DNA of 64,000 bases from Candidatus Harrisonbacteria bacterium (lineage in GTDB: Bacteria > Patescibacteriota > Minisyncoccia > UBA6257 > 1-14-0-10-44-23), in assembly GCA_023255625.1 (NCBI GenBank), contig JAHFLF010000001.1, forward strand, positions 431,771 through 495,770, written 5' to 3'. The notes under the pieces are model-generated. The model saw only the letters and a list, made by a program, of their open reading frames with translations, was not told the DNA's origin and did not search any database. Of the stretch, positions 55,695 through 64,000 are shown one piece after another (positions within the stretch are counted from its first letter, which is position 1; every line of letters starts with the position of its first letter). Both the position numbers and the translations under genes were made by a program.

Positions 55695-56960
55695 ATGAAT
55701 GAAGAAATAATAAAACCAAAAGCAACACCGCAGTCGGCGGCGGAACCGGCTCAACAATCGGCCCTACGAGACGCCAATGAGGTTGTTCAGCAAAGTCCAG
55801 TGGCGCAGCCGGCGGCAGGTGAGGTTTCGGCCGGCCAGCAGGTGCGTGATGATGAACAGGGTGCGAAAAAAGTCAAAGGAAAATTTAGTTTCAAGTCTTT
55901 GTCCGGCATGAGTTTTTTGCGGGTCTCTCTGGAGGAAAGGGTACTTTTTGCCAGGCAGCTTTCTGTGGGGATTAAGGCCGGCCTTTCGATGCAGGACAGC
56001 TTGCAGTTGCTTGTTTCACAGACCAAGTCGGCTTCGCTCAAAAAAATTCTCAAAACTTTGTTGGATGATACAGCCAACGGAATGTATCTTTCAACGAGTT
56101 TAGACAAGTATGCGCAGATTTTTGGCCAGCTATTTATTAACATTGTCCGGGTTGGTGAACAAAGCGGTACGCTAATTGAAAATTTGACTTATCTGGCCGA
56201 GGAGCTCAAGAAAAAGCATGAACTAGTCAGCCGAGTTCGTGGAGCGCTGATTTACCCGGGTGTAATTTTATTTGCGACGATCGGCATCGTTGTAACCCTC
56301 ATGGTGGCCGTTTTTCCAAAAATCTTGCCGGTGTTTGCCGGGCTGAACATCAAGCTGCCCTTAAGTACCAGGATTTTGATTGCCTCGACCAATTTTTTAA
56401 CTACATATACTTTTTGGCTGATTATCGGCGTGCTGGTTTTTCTGGTCGCTATCTATTTTGTCGCCAGACAGGAGTGGTTCAAAAACTTTTTTGACCATGC
56501 GATCATGCATGTTCCGGTTTTCGGTTCGATGGTTATGAAGATCAATTTGGTAAACATTGCCCGTGTGCTCGGACTACTCCTAAAAAGCGGTTCGCAGATT
56601 ATTGAGGCGGTGAATATTACCGCCAGCGCTCTCGACAATCGCTATTATCGGCGCGAGCTCAAGACGGCGGGGGAGACGCTCCGGCGCGGTGATTTTTTCT
56701 CGGTTTACCTGGGCAAGAATCCCAATCTTTTCCCGCCGATTTTTACAAACATGATCCATGTTGGTGAAAACACCGGCAATCTTTCTGAAAACTTGGTTTA
56801 TCTGGCGACTTATTATGAAGAGGATGTAGACAATTTTCTAAAGAATTTAAACAGTATTATTGAGCCGGTTTTACTGCTCTTCATGGGACTGCTCGTTGGT
56901 TTCATGGCGCTTTCAGTTATTACGCCAATTTACTCGATTTCTCAATCACTGACCCTATAA
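55695..56960 (+). CDS. pilC: type II secretion system F family protein (PilC/GspF platform)
   Basis: Two T2SSF repeats with three TMs. GEQSGTLIENL and GENTGNLSENL motif pair. Confidence 0.85.
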   Translation: MNEEIIKPKATPQSAAEPAQQSALRDANEVVQQSPVAQPAAGEVSAGQQVRDDEQGAKKVKGKFSFKSLSGMSFLRVSLEERVLFARQLSVGIKAGLSMQDSLQLLVSQTKSASLKKILKTLLDDTANGMYLSTSLDKYAQIFGQLFINIVRVGEQSGTLIENLTYLAEELKKKHELVSRVRGALIYPGVILFATIGIVVTLMVAVFPKILPVFAGLNIKLPLSTRILIASTNFLTTYTFWLIIGVLVFLVAIYFVARQEWFKNFFDHAIMHVPVFGSMVMKINLVNIARVLGLLLKSGSQIIEAVNITASALDNRYYRRELKTAGETLRRGDFFSVYLGKNPNLFPPIFTNMIHVGENTGNLSENLVYLATYYEEDVDNFLKNLNSIIEPVLLLFMGLLVGFMALSVITPIYSISQSLTL

Positions 56961-56963
56961 CTT

Positions 56964-59225
56964 ATGAAAATTTTCAATTTAGTTGGGAATTGGAAATTAT
57001 CAATTAAAAATTTTGCCGCTAAGCGCGGCGGTTTTTCTTTGATTGAGATTCTAATCACAATCGTAATTTTTATTATTTTGACCGGCGGTATTTATTTGAC
57101 TTACGCCAATTTGCTGGAAGTAATTGCGAAGACTCGTAATCGGACACTGGCCACCTCTCTGCTTAACAAAGAGATAGAGTATGTTCGCAATTTAAAGTAT
57201 GACGATGTGGGCATTGTTGGCGGCGCTCCAGCCGGCCAGATTCCGGCGACCAAGACAGTTACCTATGAAGGGCAGCAATTTACCGTCAGCGCCTTTGTGC
57301 GGAATATTGACGATGCTTTTGATGGCAGAGCAACCGGGACAACGCCGACCGACACCGCTCCGGGCGACTATCGACTCGTCGAATTACAAGCGAATTGTAC
57401 AACTTGCTTCAAATTTAAACCAGTTATTATTACAACCAGGGCTGCGCCGCAGAATTTAGAAAGCAGCACGAAAAACGGATCGCTGTTTATTAATGTATTT
57501 AACGCCAGTGGAAATCCGGTTGCGAACGCGAATATTCTCGTCAAAAATACCATTTTAAATCCGACTATCACGATTAACGATACGACCAATAGCAGCGGCA
57601 CGCTCCAACTGGTGGATATTCCGACCAGCACGAACGGTTACCAGGTATTTATTTCTAAAGACAATTATTCTTCTGCGCAGACTTATGCGGTGAGCAGCAC
57701 GAATCCTAATCCTGCGCCGAGACATGCGACTGTCGCGAGTCAGCAGGTTACTTTGCTTAGCTTTGGTATTGATAAGGTCAGCCAGATCGATGTTCAGACC
57801 CAGGATCAGTACTGCGCGGGGGTGCCCAATATTGATTTTACCCAGAACGGAGCCAAGTTGATCGGGGTTAGCCCGAATGTACTAAAGTATAGTAAGTCAT
57901 TTGTTACCGATTCCGGCGGGCAGGCCTCGCGTACAGGGCTAGAATGGGATAACTATACTTTTATTAATACAGATACGGGGTTTGATGTCGCCGGCAATGT
58001 TCCATCCTTGCCGATTACCCTGAATCCAAATACAACAACCAGCATTGCATTTTTGATGGAGCCCAAGATCAGCTCCTCCAGCTTGTTGGTTTCGACGGTG
58101 GATAGTTCCGGTGCGCCGATTTCCGGAGTTTCCGTAAAAATCGATAAAATCAGCGGGGGCTTTAGTACCAGTTCGGCTCAATTCACCATCACTAGTTTTG
58201 GTAATTTGCCATATAGCAACTCTGTCGGCATTACTACCTCCGGCGGTTTAAGATTGTCTCCAGGAAGTGCGCCATATCCAACCACCGGCGGCCCTTATTA
58301 TCGGACTTTCGCGCCAGTTGATTTTGGCACATCTACCGTTGATTACACCGCGATCTCTTGGAATCCGTCCAGCCAACCGGCCGGAACTTTGGTCAGAATT
58401 CAACTTGGCGCCACTAATGACGGAAATTCACCGGCAACTTTTACCGGTCCGGACGGTACCAGTAATTCTTATTACACCGTTAGCGGCGGTGCTCTTGGCG
58501 CCAGCTACGACAATAAACGTTACTTAAGCATGAAGATTTTTTTGAGCACGACTGACGCAAATGTCTCTCCTTCGCTGACTTCTGTAACCTTAACCTATGT
58601 CGGGCCATCGGTTGTTTTTACGGATACGAAGCAGACCGGTCAAAAAAAGTTTGTCGTTACCGACTGGTCCGGAAATGCGTACGCCAACCAAGATGGCAAC
58701 ATTCAATCAGAGACAGTGCTCGGCCGCCTGACTCTAAAAAATAGCGGCGGTCAATATCCAACCAGCACTAATAGCTATCTTGAATCAAATACTATAGACT
58801 TCGGCACCGCTAATATTTCTTACAAATCATTAAGCTGGAACCCGACCAGCCAGCCGTCGGGGGCAACCTTAAAATTTCATTTGGCCGGCGCCAGTAGCGT
58901 TAGCGGGCCATTCACCTTCACCGGGCCCGACGGCACTAGCAGTACTTATTACACGACTAATCCGGTCAATCTGCCAACAACCTATAATGCCAACCAATAT
59001 CTTCGCTATAAGGTTTTTCTTAACACAACGAATCAAACAGTAACCCCGACCTTAAATGACCTTGCTATAGCATTTGAATCCGACTGCGTGCCCAGCGGAC
59101 AGGCCTTTTTTCCGGGACTATCAACAGGAAATTATCTGCTGACCCTAAACAAATCCGGACACTCAACCGTGATCCTCCCATTTACTATTGTCTCCGGCTG
59201 GCAGGAAAAAAAGATAACCTGGTAG
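56964..59225 (+). CDS. large prepilin-type N-terminal cleavage/methylation domain protein (753 aa)
   Basis: Leader MKIFNLVGNWKLSIKNFAAKRGG|FSLIEILITIVIFIIL, then a ~700-aa Thr/Ser/Asn-rich beta-type domain with internal repeats. Confidence 0.65.
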   Translation: MKIFNLVGNWKLSIKNFAAKRGGFSLIEILITIVIFIILTGGIYLTYANLLEVIAKTRNRTLATSLLNKEIEYVRNLKYDDVGIVGGAPAGQIPATKTVTYEGQQFTVSAFVRNIDDAFDGRATGTTPTDTAPGDYRLVELQANCTTCFKFKPVIITTRAAPQNLESSTKNGSLFINVFNASGNPVANANILVKNTILNPTITINDTTNSSGTLQLVDIPTSTNGYQVFISKDNYSSAQTYAVSSTNPNPAPRHATVASQQVTLLSFGIDKVSQIDVQTQDQYCAGVPNIDFTQNGAKLIGVSPNVLKYSKSFVTDSGGQASRTGLEWDNYTFINTDTGFDVAGNVPSLPITLNPNTTTSIAFLMEPKISSSSLLVSTVDSSGAPISGVSVKIDKISGGFSTSSAQFTITSFGNLPYSNSVGITTSGGLRLSPGSAPYPTTGGPYYRTFAPVDFGTSTVDYTAISWNPSSQPAGTLVRIQLGATNDGNSPATFTGPDGTSNSYYTVSGGALGASYDNKRYLSMKIFLSTTDANVSPSLTSVTLTYVGPSVVFTDTKQTGQKKFVVTDWSGNAYANQDGNIQSETVLGRLTLKNSGGQYPTSTNSYLESNTIDFGTANISYKSLSWNPTSQPSGATLKFHLAGASSVSGPFTFTGPDGTSSTYYTTNPVNLPTTYNANQYLRYKVFLNTTNQTVTPTLNDLAIAFESDCVPSGQAFFPGLSTGNYLLTLNKSGHSTVILPFTIVSGWQEKKITW

Positions 59226-59234
59226 CATAATTTT

Positions 59235-59882
59235 ATGAAGTGCTTGTTTAGAAATTCAAAATTAGAAATTAAAAATTCCGCTGCTAATGCAGCGGCCGGG
59301 TTTACTCTCATCGAGATAGTTGTCTCGATGGCAATTACCGTCGTGATCGCTATTTTACTGGTGCGCTTGGCTAGAGATACAACGGATTCAACTCTGCGAT
59401 TTAATAATCAACTGGTAACTCAACAGCAAATTGAACAGACTCTGCAACTTATAGTGCCCGAGATTCGCAGTATCTCGCAGGGGATAGACGGTTCTTATCC
59501 AATTGCCGCGGCTGCCAGCAGCAGTTTCCAGTTTTTTAGCGATGTTGACCGAGACGGGAAGTTGGATAAAGTCCGTTATTTTATGAATGGAAATATATTA
59601 CAAAAGGGCATAATTAAACCGGCGGGTAGCCCGGCCTCGTATCCGACTAGCACAGAGATTATCAGCGATTTGGTCAGCGGTATAGTTTCCGGAACGCAGG
59701 TTTTTTCGTATTACGGCAGCGCGGCAACCAGCAGTGGCTCTACACCCTTACCTTCACCGATTAATGTCCTGTCGATTAAAACAGTGAAGGTAACGATTGT
59801 CGCAGACCAGGGACTCCCGGGTAAACCGTCGCTTGCGGGCGCAGAGACGAGTGCGAATATTAGGAACCTTAGGTACAAGTGA
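59235..59882 (+). CDS. pseudopilin (prepilin-type N-terminal domain protein)
   Basis: Leader MKCLFRNSKLEIKNSAANAAAG|FTLIEIVVSMAI (class III signal peptide with Glu+5). Confidence 0.7.
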   Translation: MKCLFRNSKLEIKNSAANAAAGFTLIEIVVSMAITVVIAILLVRLARDTTDSTLRFNNQLVTQQQIEQTLQLIVPEIRSISQGIDGSYPIAAAASSSFQFFSDVDRDGKLDKVRYFMNGNILQKGIIKPAGSPASYPTSTEIISDLVSGIVSGTQVFSYYGSAATSSGSTPLPSPINVLSIKTVKVTIVADQGLPGKPSLAGAETSANIRNLRYK

Positions 59883-61453
59883 ATATGAGACAATTTTCAA
59901 TTTTCAATTTTTCCGCCAAAGGCGGATCCGCCTCGGGCGGACAATTTTCAAACAATGACTCAATTCTAAAATTAAGGCATTTAAAATTGTTTAGAAATTG
60001 GAAATTAGAAATTAAAAATTCCCGCGCACGCGTTGCGTGCGCGGGACAGCTCTCACTCCAGGTGCTGATTATCGGTTCGATCGCTACGGTGCTCATCGCC
60101 GGTTTTACAATGTGGGCGCGGGTTTATGTAACTAATGTGCTGCGTGGTTCTTTGAAAGCGCAGGCCTTTACTATTGCCGAGGCCGGGATCGAGTATTATC
60201 GGTGGCACCTGGCTCACGCGCCACAGGATTTTAAAGATGGCAATTCAGTTGCCTCCAGTACTTATGTTCATCCCTACTTTGATAAGAACAATAATCGTCT
60301 TGGACAATTTGATCTTACTATCACCGCGCCGGCGAGCGGTACTACGATTATGACTATTCAATCAACCGGCAAAATAGATACGGATCCGACTATTAAAAAG
60401 ATTATCAAAGTGAAGATGGGGTTGCCGTCTTTTGCCCGTTATTCAGTTGCCAGCAACAGCAATATTCGGTTTGGTAGCGGTACTGATGTGTATGGCGTTT
60501 TGCACAGTAATGGCGGAATTCATTTTGATGGCGTCGCCCACAATGTTGTTACTAGCGCGGTCTCAGCATATGACGATCCGGACTATAGCGAGCCAAATGC
60601 TTTTGGTGTTTATACGCGGGTTTCGCCACAGGATCCATTTCCGCCGGCGGCTGTTCCGGTGCGCAATGATGTTTTTATGGCCGGTCGGCAATTTCCTGTT
60701 CCGGCGGTTGATTTCAACGGTATTACCGCAAATCTTTCCGCATTAAAAACGCTTGCAACTTCAACCAGCGGCTACTACCGAGCCGGCTCTGGCGCAAAGG
60801 GCTACGATCTTTTACTTAAGACAAATGACAAATTTGATCTCTATCGTGTAGACAGCGTTACCGGACTCTCCGGAAATTGCTCTAATAACAGCTACCAGGA
60901 GTCGGGCTGGGGGAGCTGGTCGATTGCCAGCGAAACGCTTCTGGCTAGTAATGTTAATTTTCCGGCCAACGGGATTATCTTTATCGAAGACGATCTTTGG
61001 GTGCGCGGCCAGGTCAATACCGCCCGATTGAATATTGCCGCCGGCCGTTTTCCGGTTAATGCTTCAACTTATGCCAACATTACAACGAATACAAATTTAC
61101 TGTATACAAACTATGACGGGCAGGATGTCATTGCTCTGACTTCGCAAAACAATCTTAATGTCGGTTTATTCAGTGATGATGTCTTTAAAATTGATGCGGC
61201 GCTCGTTGCTCAAAATGGACGCGTCGGCCGATATCATTACGCGCCACAATGCGGATCTACAGCGACTCGCAGCCAGCTGACTTCTTACGGAATGATTGGC
61301 AGCAACACCCGTTATGGCTGGGCCTGGACTGATGGCACCGGTTACCAAACTCGTACTATCAATTATGACGGGTACCTGCTTTATGGTCCGCCGCCAAGTT
61401 TTCCGACAACTGCGAGTCAGTACGATATCATTAGCTGGGATGAGGTGAAGTGA
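59879..61453 (+). CDS. pilus-associated hypothetical protein with pseudopilin-like N-terminus; start codon uncertain
   Basis: In-frame LFRNWKLEIKNS leader module, then ..ACAG|QLSLQVLIIGSIATVLIAGF. No ATG near the leader (candidates: TTG at 59987, GTG at 60062, or ATG at 59885 reading through repeats). Confidence 0.5.
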   Translation: MNMRQFSIFNFSAKGGSASGGQFSNNDSILKLRHLKLFRNWKLEIKNSRARVACAGQLSLQVLIIGSIATVLIAGFTMWARVYVTNVLRGSLKAQAFTIAEAGIEYYRWHLAHAPQDFKDGNSVASSTYVHPYFDKNNNRLGQFDLTITAPASGTTIMTIQSTGKIDTDPTIKKIIKVKMGLPSFARYSVASNSNIRFGSGTDVYGVLHSNGGIHFDGVAHNVVTSAVSAYDDPDYSEPNAFGVYTRVSPQDPFPPAAVPVRNDVFMAGRQFPVPAVDFNGITANLSALKTLATSTSGYYRAGSGAKGYDLLLKTNDKFDLYRVDSVTGLSGNCSNNSYQESGWGSWSIASETLLASNVNFPANGIIFIEDDLWVRGQVNTARLNIAAGRFPVNASTYANITTNTNLLYTNYDGQDVIALTSQNNLNVGLFSDDVFKIDAALVAQNGRVGRYHYAPQCGSTATRSQLTSYGMIGSNTRYGWAWTDGTGYQTRTINYDGYLLYGPPPSFPTTASQYDIISWDEVK

Positions 61454-61623
61454 GTTATGCACAGCCCTGCAAGATTGATCTAATTTCATCTGCTATTATT
61501 AAAACAAGTCTGACCTGTTCCTGCAGGGCAGGATGCCTTACTTATACGGGGTAAGGAAAGCGTTTATTACTAACATTAACCGTATCAGTCGAATTAGAAT
61601 ACTTTAATTACAAATTTATTATT

Positions 61624-62070
61624 ATGAAATCCAACAAAGGTTTCACGCTCATCGAGCTCCTCGTCGTTATCGGTATTATTGCAATTTTGGCTTCAGTGGT
61701 CATCGTCGCCCTGAACCCGGCCCGGCAGTTTGCCCAGGCCCGCAACACGCAGCGCAGCGCAAATATAAATGCAATTTTGAACGCAATCGGCCAGAACATG
61801 GCGGACAATCGTGGCCTCTGGAATTCCACTGGCTGTGGCACCGCACTTCCGGCTTCGATCTCTTACATTGGTTCGGCCAGCACCAGCATCGCGGGCTGCT
61901 TAGTTTCCGACTATCTGCCGAGCATGCCTTATGATCCAGATGGCGGTTACTACACAGACGCTACAGATTATGGCGCTTTCTACCGTGTGATGCAGGATGC
62001 AGTTACCGGCCGCGTGACGGTTGAGGCTCCAAAGGCAGAACTTGGCGCCGTTCTTTCCGTAACTCGTTAA
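61624..62070 (+). CDS. type IV pilin (major pilin candidate)
   Basis: MKSNKG|FTLIELLVVIGIIAILASVVIVALNP: short leader, Phe1/Glu5, hydrophobic alpha1; C-terminal Cys pair. Confidence 0.85.
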   Translation: MKSNKGFTLIELLVVIGIIAILASVVIVALNPARQFAQARNTQRSANINAILNAIGQNMADNRGLWNSTGCGTALPASISYIGSASTSIAGCLVSDYLPSMPYDPDGGYYTDATDYGAFYRVMQDAVTGRVTVEAPKAELGAVLSVTR

Positions 62071-62094
62071 GCGGTTTGTTTCGTATCGCGTTAT

Positions 62095-62128
62095 TAACAC
62101 AAAGACCCCTGGCTGGGGTCTTTGTGTT
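62095..62128 (+). terminator. terminator hairpin after the first pilin gene
   Basis: aacacaaagacccc tggct ggggtctttgtgtt (14-bp stem), followed by a TATAAT box (ggtataattg) for the next pilin gene. Confidence 0.65.
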
Positions 62129-62161
62129 AATGGTATAATTGAATAAAACATTAATTTATTT

Positions 62162-62635
62162 ATGTCGATATCAACTGTAAACTATAAACTACTAAATCGT
62201 CGCCGCGGTTTCACCCTCATCGAACTTCTCGTCGTTATCGGTATTATTGCCATCTTGGCTTCAGTGGTCATCGTTGCCTTGAATCCGTCTCGCCAGTTTG
62301 CCCAGGCCCGCAACACGCAGCGGCTTTCGAACATTAACGCGATTTTAAATGCGGTTGGACAGAATATGGCAGATAACAGCGGCAAGTGGTCTTGCTCCGC
62401 GCCGCTGCCCGGTTCAGAAACTGTTATCGCTTCTGCTGGCGGCGCGGACATAGCTGATTGCCTTATTCCTGATTATCTACCATCTATGCCATATGATCCG
62501 CAGAGCGGTACTTGGGCTAGCTCGACAAGTTACAATACCGGTTATAGCATTTTCCAGACCGGCGGGAGTACTGGCCGGGTTACCGTGAAGGCGCAGGGAC
62601 AGGAGCTTGGCGCTAATTTGATTGTAACACGGTAG
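62162..62635 (+). CDS. type IV pilin paralog
   Basis: MSISTVNYKLLNRRRG|FTLIELLVVIGIIAILASVVIVALNP; about 110 nt near-identical to the first pilin at the 5' end; C-terminal Cys pair. Confidence 0.85.
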   Translation: MSISTVNYKLLNRRRGFTLIELLVVIGIIAILASVVIVALNPSRQFAQARNTQRLSNINAILNAVGQNMADNSGKWSCSAPLPGSETVIASAGGADIADCLIPDYLPSMPYDPQSGTWASSTSYNTGYSIFQTGGSTGRVTVKAQGQELGANLIVTR

Positions 62636-62646
62636 CATTTTAACAC

Positions 62647-62718
62647 GCAGCATCCGGCTTACTTTTCACAGCCGGGCTCACCCTACGGGATGGCTATGAA
62701 AAGTAAGCCGGATGCTGC
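62647..62718. repeat. long hairpin H4 (GGGCTCA-loop family)
   Basis: gcagcatccggcttacttttcacagcc [gggctcaccctacgggatgg] ctatgaaaagtaagccggatgctgc. Confidence 0.7.
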
Positions 62719-62732
62719 GAAGATAGATTAAT

Positions 62733-63368
62733 ATGAAAAATCGTAAAGACTACATTGCCGATAAGAATTTATTTGATAAAGACCTCGAGGGTTTGTCTTT
62801 GAAGATGTTGGAACAGCATTACAAACTCTACGAGGGCTATGTAAAAAAGAGCAATGAGATTCAGATAAAGGTTGAGTCGGCGGACAAGAGTGAGGCCAAC
62901 GGCGTGTATAGCTTCATCGGCGAGTTAAAGCGCCAGGAGACTTTTGCGGTCAATGGTATGAAGCTGCACGAGGTGTACTTCGGTCATTTGCAGGGCGATG
63001 GCAAACCAGCAGGCGAGCTGCTCGCAATGATTGAAAAAGATTGGGGATCGCTCGACGAGTGGAAAAACGAGATGATCGCGACCGGCATGAGTGCCCGCGG
63101 CTGGGCGATTACCGCGTTTGATTACCGCGATAATCGGTTGCATGTTTACGGCTCTGACGGCCACAATGTGGGAGCGGTCTGGGGGGCCGCGCCGGTAATC
63201 GTTTTAGATGTCTACGAACACGCTTACTTTATTGATTACGGTATCGGTCGCAAAGCGTACATTGATTCATTCTTTAAAAATTTAGACTGGAACTTTGCCA
63301 ACAAGATTGCTCTTGAATACGGTTTAGCTGCGCGGTATGGGAAGTTGCATGAGCAGAACGGAGCTTAG
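62733..63368 (+). CDS. Fe/Mn superoxide dismutase family protein (divergent N-terminus)
   Basis: C-terminal DVYEHAYFIDYG matches the SOD D-x-W/Y-E-H-A-Y-Y signature with Asp/His ligands. The N-terminal HH.KHH block is reduced to QHY. Confidence 0.55.
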   Translation: MKNRKDYIADKNLFDKDLEGLSLKMLEQHYKLYEGYVKKSNEIQIKVESADKSEANGVYSFIGELKRQETFAVNGMKLHEVYFGHLQGDGKPAGELLAMIEKDWGSLDEWKNEMIATGMSARGWAITAFDYRDNRLHVYGSDGHNVGAVWGAAPVIVLDVYEHAYFIDYGIGRKAYIDSFFKNLDWNFANKIALEYGLAARYGKLHEQNGA

Positions 63369-64000
63369 ACCTTCATCGGTTTTTTGCCGTCTGGCTGAAT
63401 CTCGGTGATTTTAAGTTCACCATCTTGCATTGTTGCTCCGAGCAATTTGACCCTTTTCCCTTCGCGGCCGGGAAAGTTCATCGTCCAACAGCCCGGTTCG
63501 GGATTAAACGCTCTAATTTTATTGTAAATTATTTCCGGTTTATCGTTAATCATATCTACCTGACCGTCTGCGGTCGTGAATTTTCGCGTGAAGGTTGCTT
63601 TGGCATGATCCTGCTCCTGCGGTTTAATTTCGCCCTTTAGGAATTTGGGTATCGTTTCAACAAGGAGTTCACCTGCAATTTTTGAAAGTTTGTGGCCCAA
63701 TGTTTCATTCGTGTCCTCTAAGGCGATTTGCGATTTGCGCTGCGCGAGAATCGGCCCGTTATCCATTTTTGCATCCATCTGATATAAGGTAACGCCAGTT
63801 TCAGTTTCGCCGGCCAGGAGCACGGATTGAATCGGGCTGGCGCCGCGGTAGAGCGGGAGGAGCGAGGGGTGCACACCGATTGTGCCCAGCCGGGGGAGAT
63901 TGATGATGCTGTCCGGGATGATGTGGGGGTAGCCCATGACCACGGCGAGGTCTACCTCGCCAATTTCTAATTTTAAATTTTCAATTTCTAATTTTTCCGG
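63365..64000 (-). CDS. fmt: methionyl-tRNA formyltransferase, 5'-partial (continues beyond window edge)
   Basis: VHPSLLPLYRGASPIQ and C-terminal Fmt domain. The reading frame stays open upstream of the track's GTG start and runs through the GAAATT-module in frame (..PEKLEIENLKLEIGEVDLAVVMGY..). Confidence 0.75.
   Translation of the reverse strand, partial: PEKLEIENLKLEIGEVDLAVVMGYPHIIPDSIINLPRLGTIGVHPSLLPLYRGASPIQSVLLAGETETGVTLYQMDAKMDNGPILAQRKSQIALEDTNETLGHKLSKIAGELLVETIPKFLKGEIKPQEQDHAKATFTRKFTTADGQVDMINDKPEIIYNKIRAFNPEPGCWTMNFPGREGKRVKLLGATMQDGELKITEIQPDGKKPMKV

Noticed and set aside
59879-59990. N-terminal 36 codons of ORF 59879 (MNMRQFSIFNFSAKGGSASGGQFSNNDSILKLRHLK) as genuine protein sequence
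   Set aside because: This stretch is the GAAATT-module plus a GC hairpin (ggcggatccgcc) read in frame. The paralogous genes start just before LFRN.., so the start is probably TTG at 59987 or GTG at 60062. Left flagged as uncertain rather than called.
1-64000. CRISPR arrays and rRNA genes
   Set aside because: No regularly spaced direct repeats with unique spacers and no 16S/23S/5S signature regions were seen. The tandem arrays present (62-nt x3.7, 47-nt x2, heptamer x4) lack spacers.

Overview
Gene-dense, mostly AT-moderate window with the hallmarks of a small-genome, CPR/Patescibacteria-like bacterium (inference only; no search was possible). Housekeeping genes recognised: trpS, RNase J, secG, a MurA fused to an N-terminal XRE-type HTH, two mreB paralogs with mreC/mreD/PBP2, holB, frr, rseP, a short proS lacking the editing insertion, tpiA, ftsE/ftsX, prfB split into two ORFs, and a partial fmt at the window edge. 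A type IV pilus cluster is present (pilB-like ATPase, pilC-like platform protein, three pseudopilin-like genes, two tandem major pilins). Other CDS include a histidine kinase with an orphan receiver, three GH130 domains in two genes, a P1B-type ATPase, a LemA/TPM pair, and a tRNA-Gln-linked island (Fic, nucleotidyltransferase, ArsR, DUF1801, HAD). Four tRNAs were called: Leu-CAG, Gly-CCC, Thr-CGT, Gln-CTG. No rRNA and no CRISPR array. The main result is the density of structured or mobile-looking intergenic repeat families. (i) A roughly 75-nt conserved core closed by copy-specific complementary flanks, four copies, mostly at gene 3' ends. (ii) Long hairpins of 25-32 bp with a conserved GGGCTCA loop, four copies. 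(iii) Small 23S-IVS-family genes (four-helix-bundle, two GxxExxY) each bracketed by inverted copies of a cassette-specific repeat and sitting between ftsE/ftsX and pilB/pilC. (iv) An AT-rich GAAATT-type module found intergenically as inverted repeats and also in frame inside coding sequences (fmt and the leaders of three pseudopilins, read as K-L-E-I-K/E-N). (v) A 24-nt 5' fragment of tRNA-Gly duplicated about 400 bp away, bracketing a GIY-YIG endonuclease gene. GC-rich islands hold a Crp/Fnr regulator, two roughly 54-aa ORFs with their own terminators, and a candidate structured RNA. Coordinates for RNA and repeat features are hand-counted and may be off by one or two nt.
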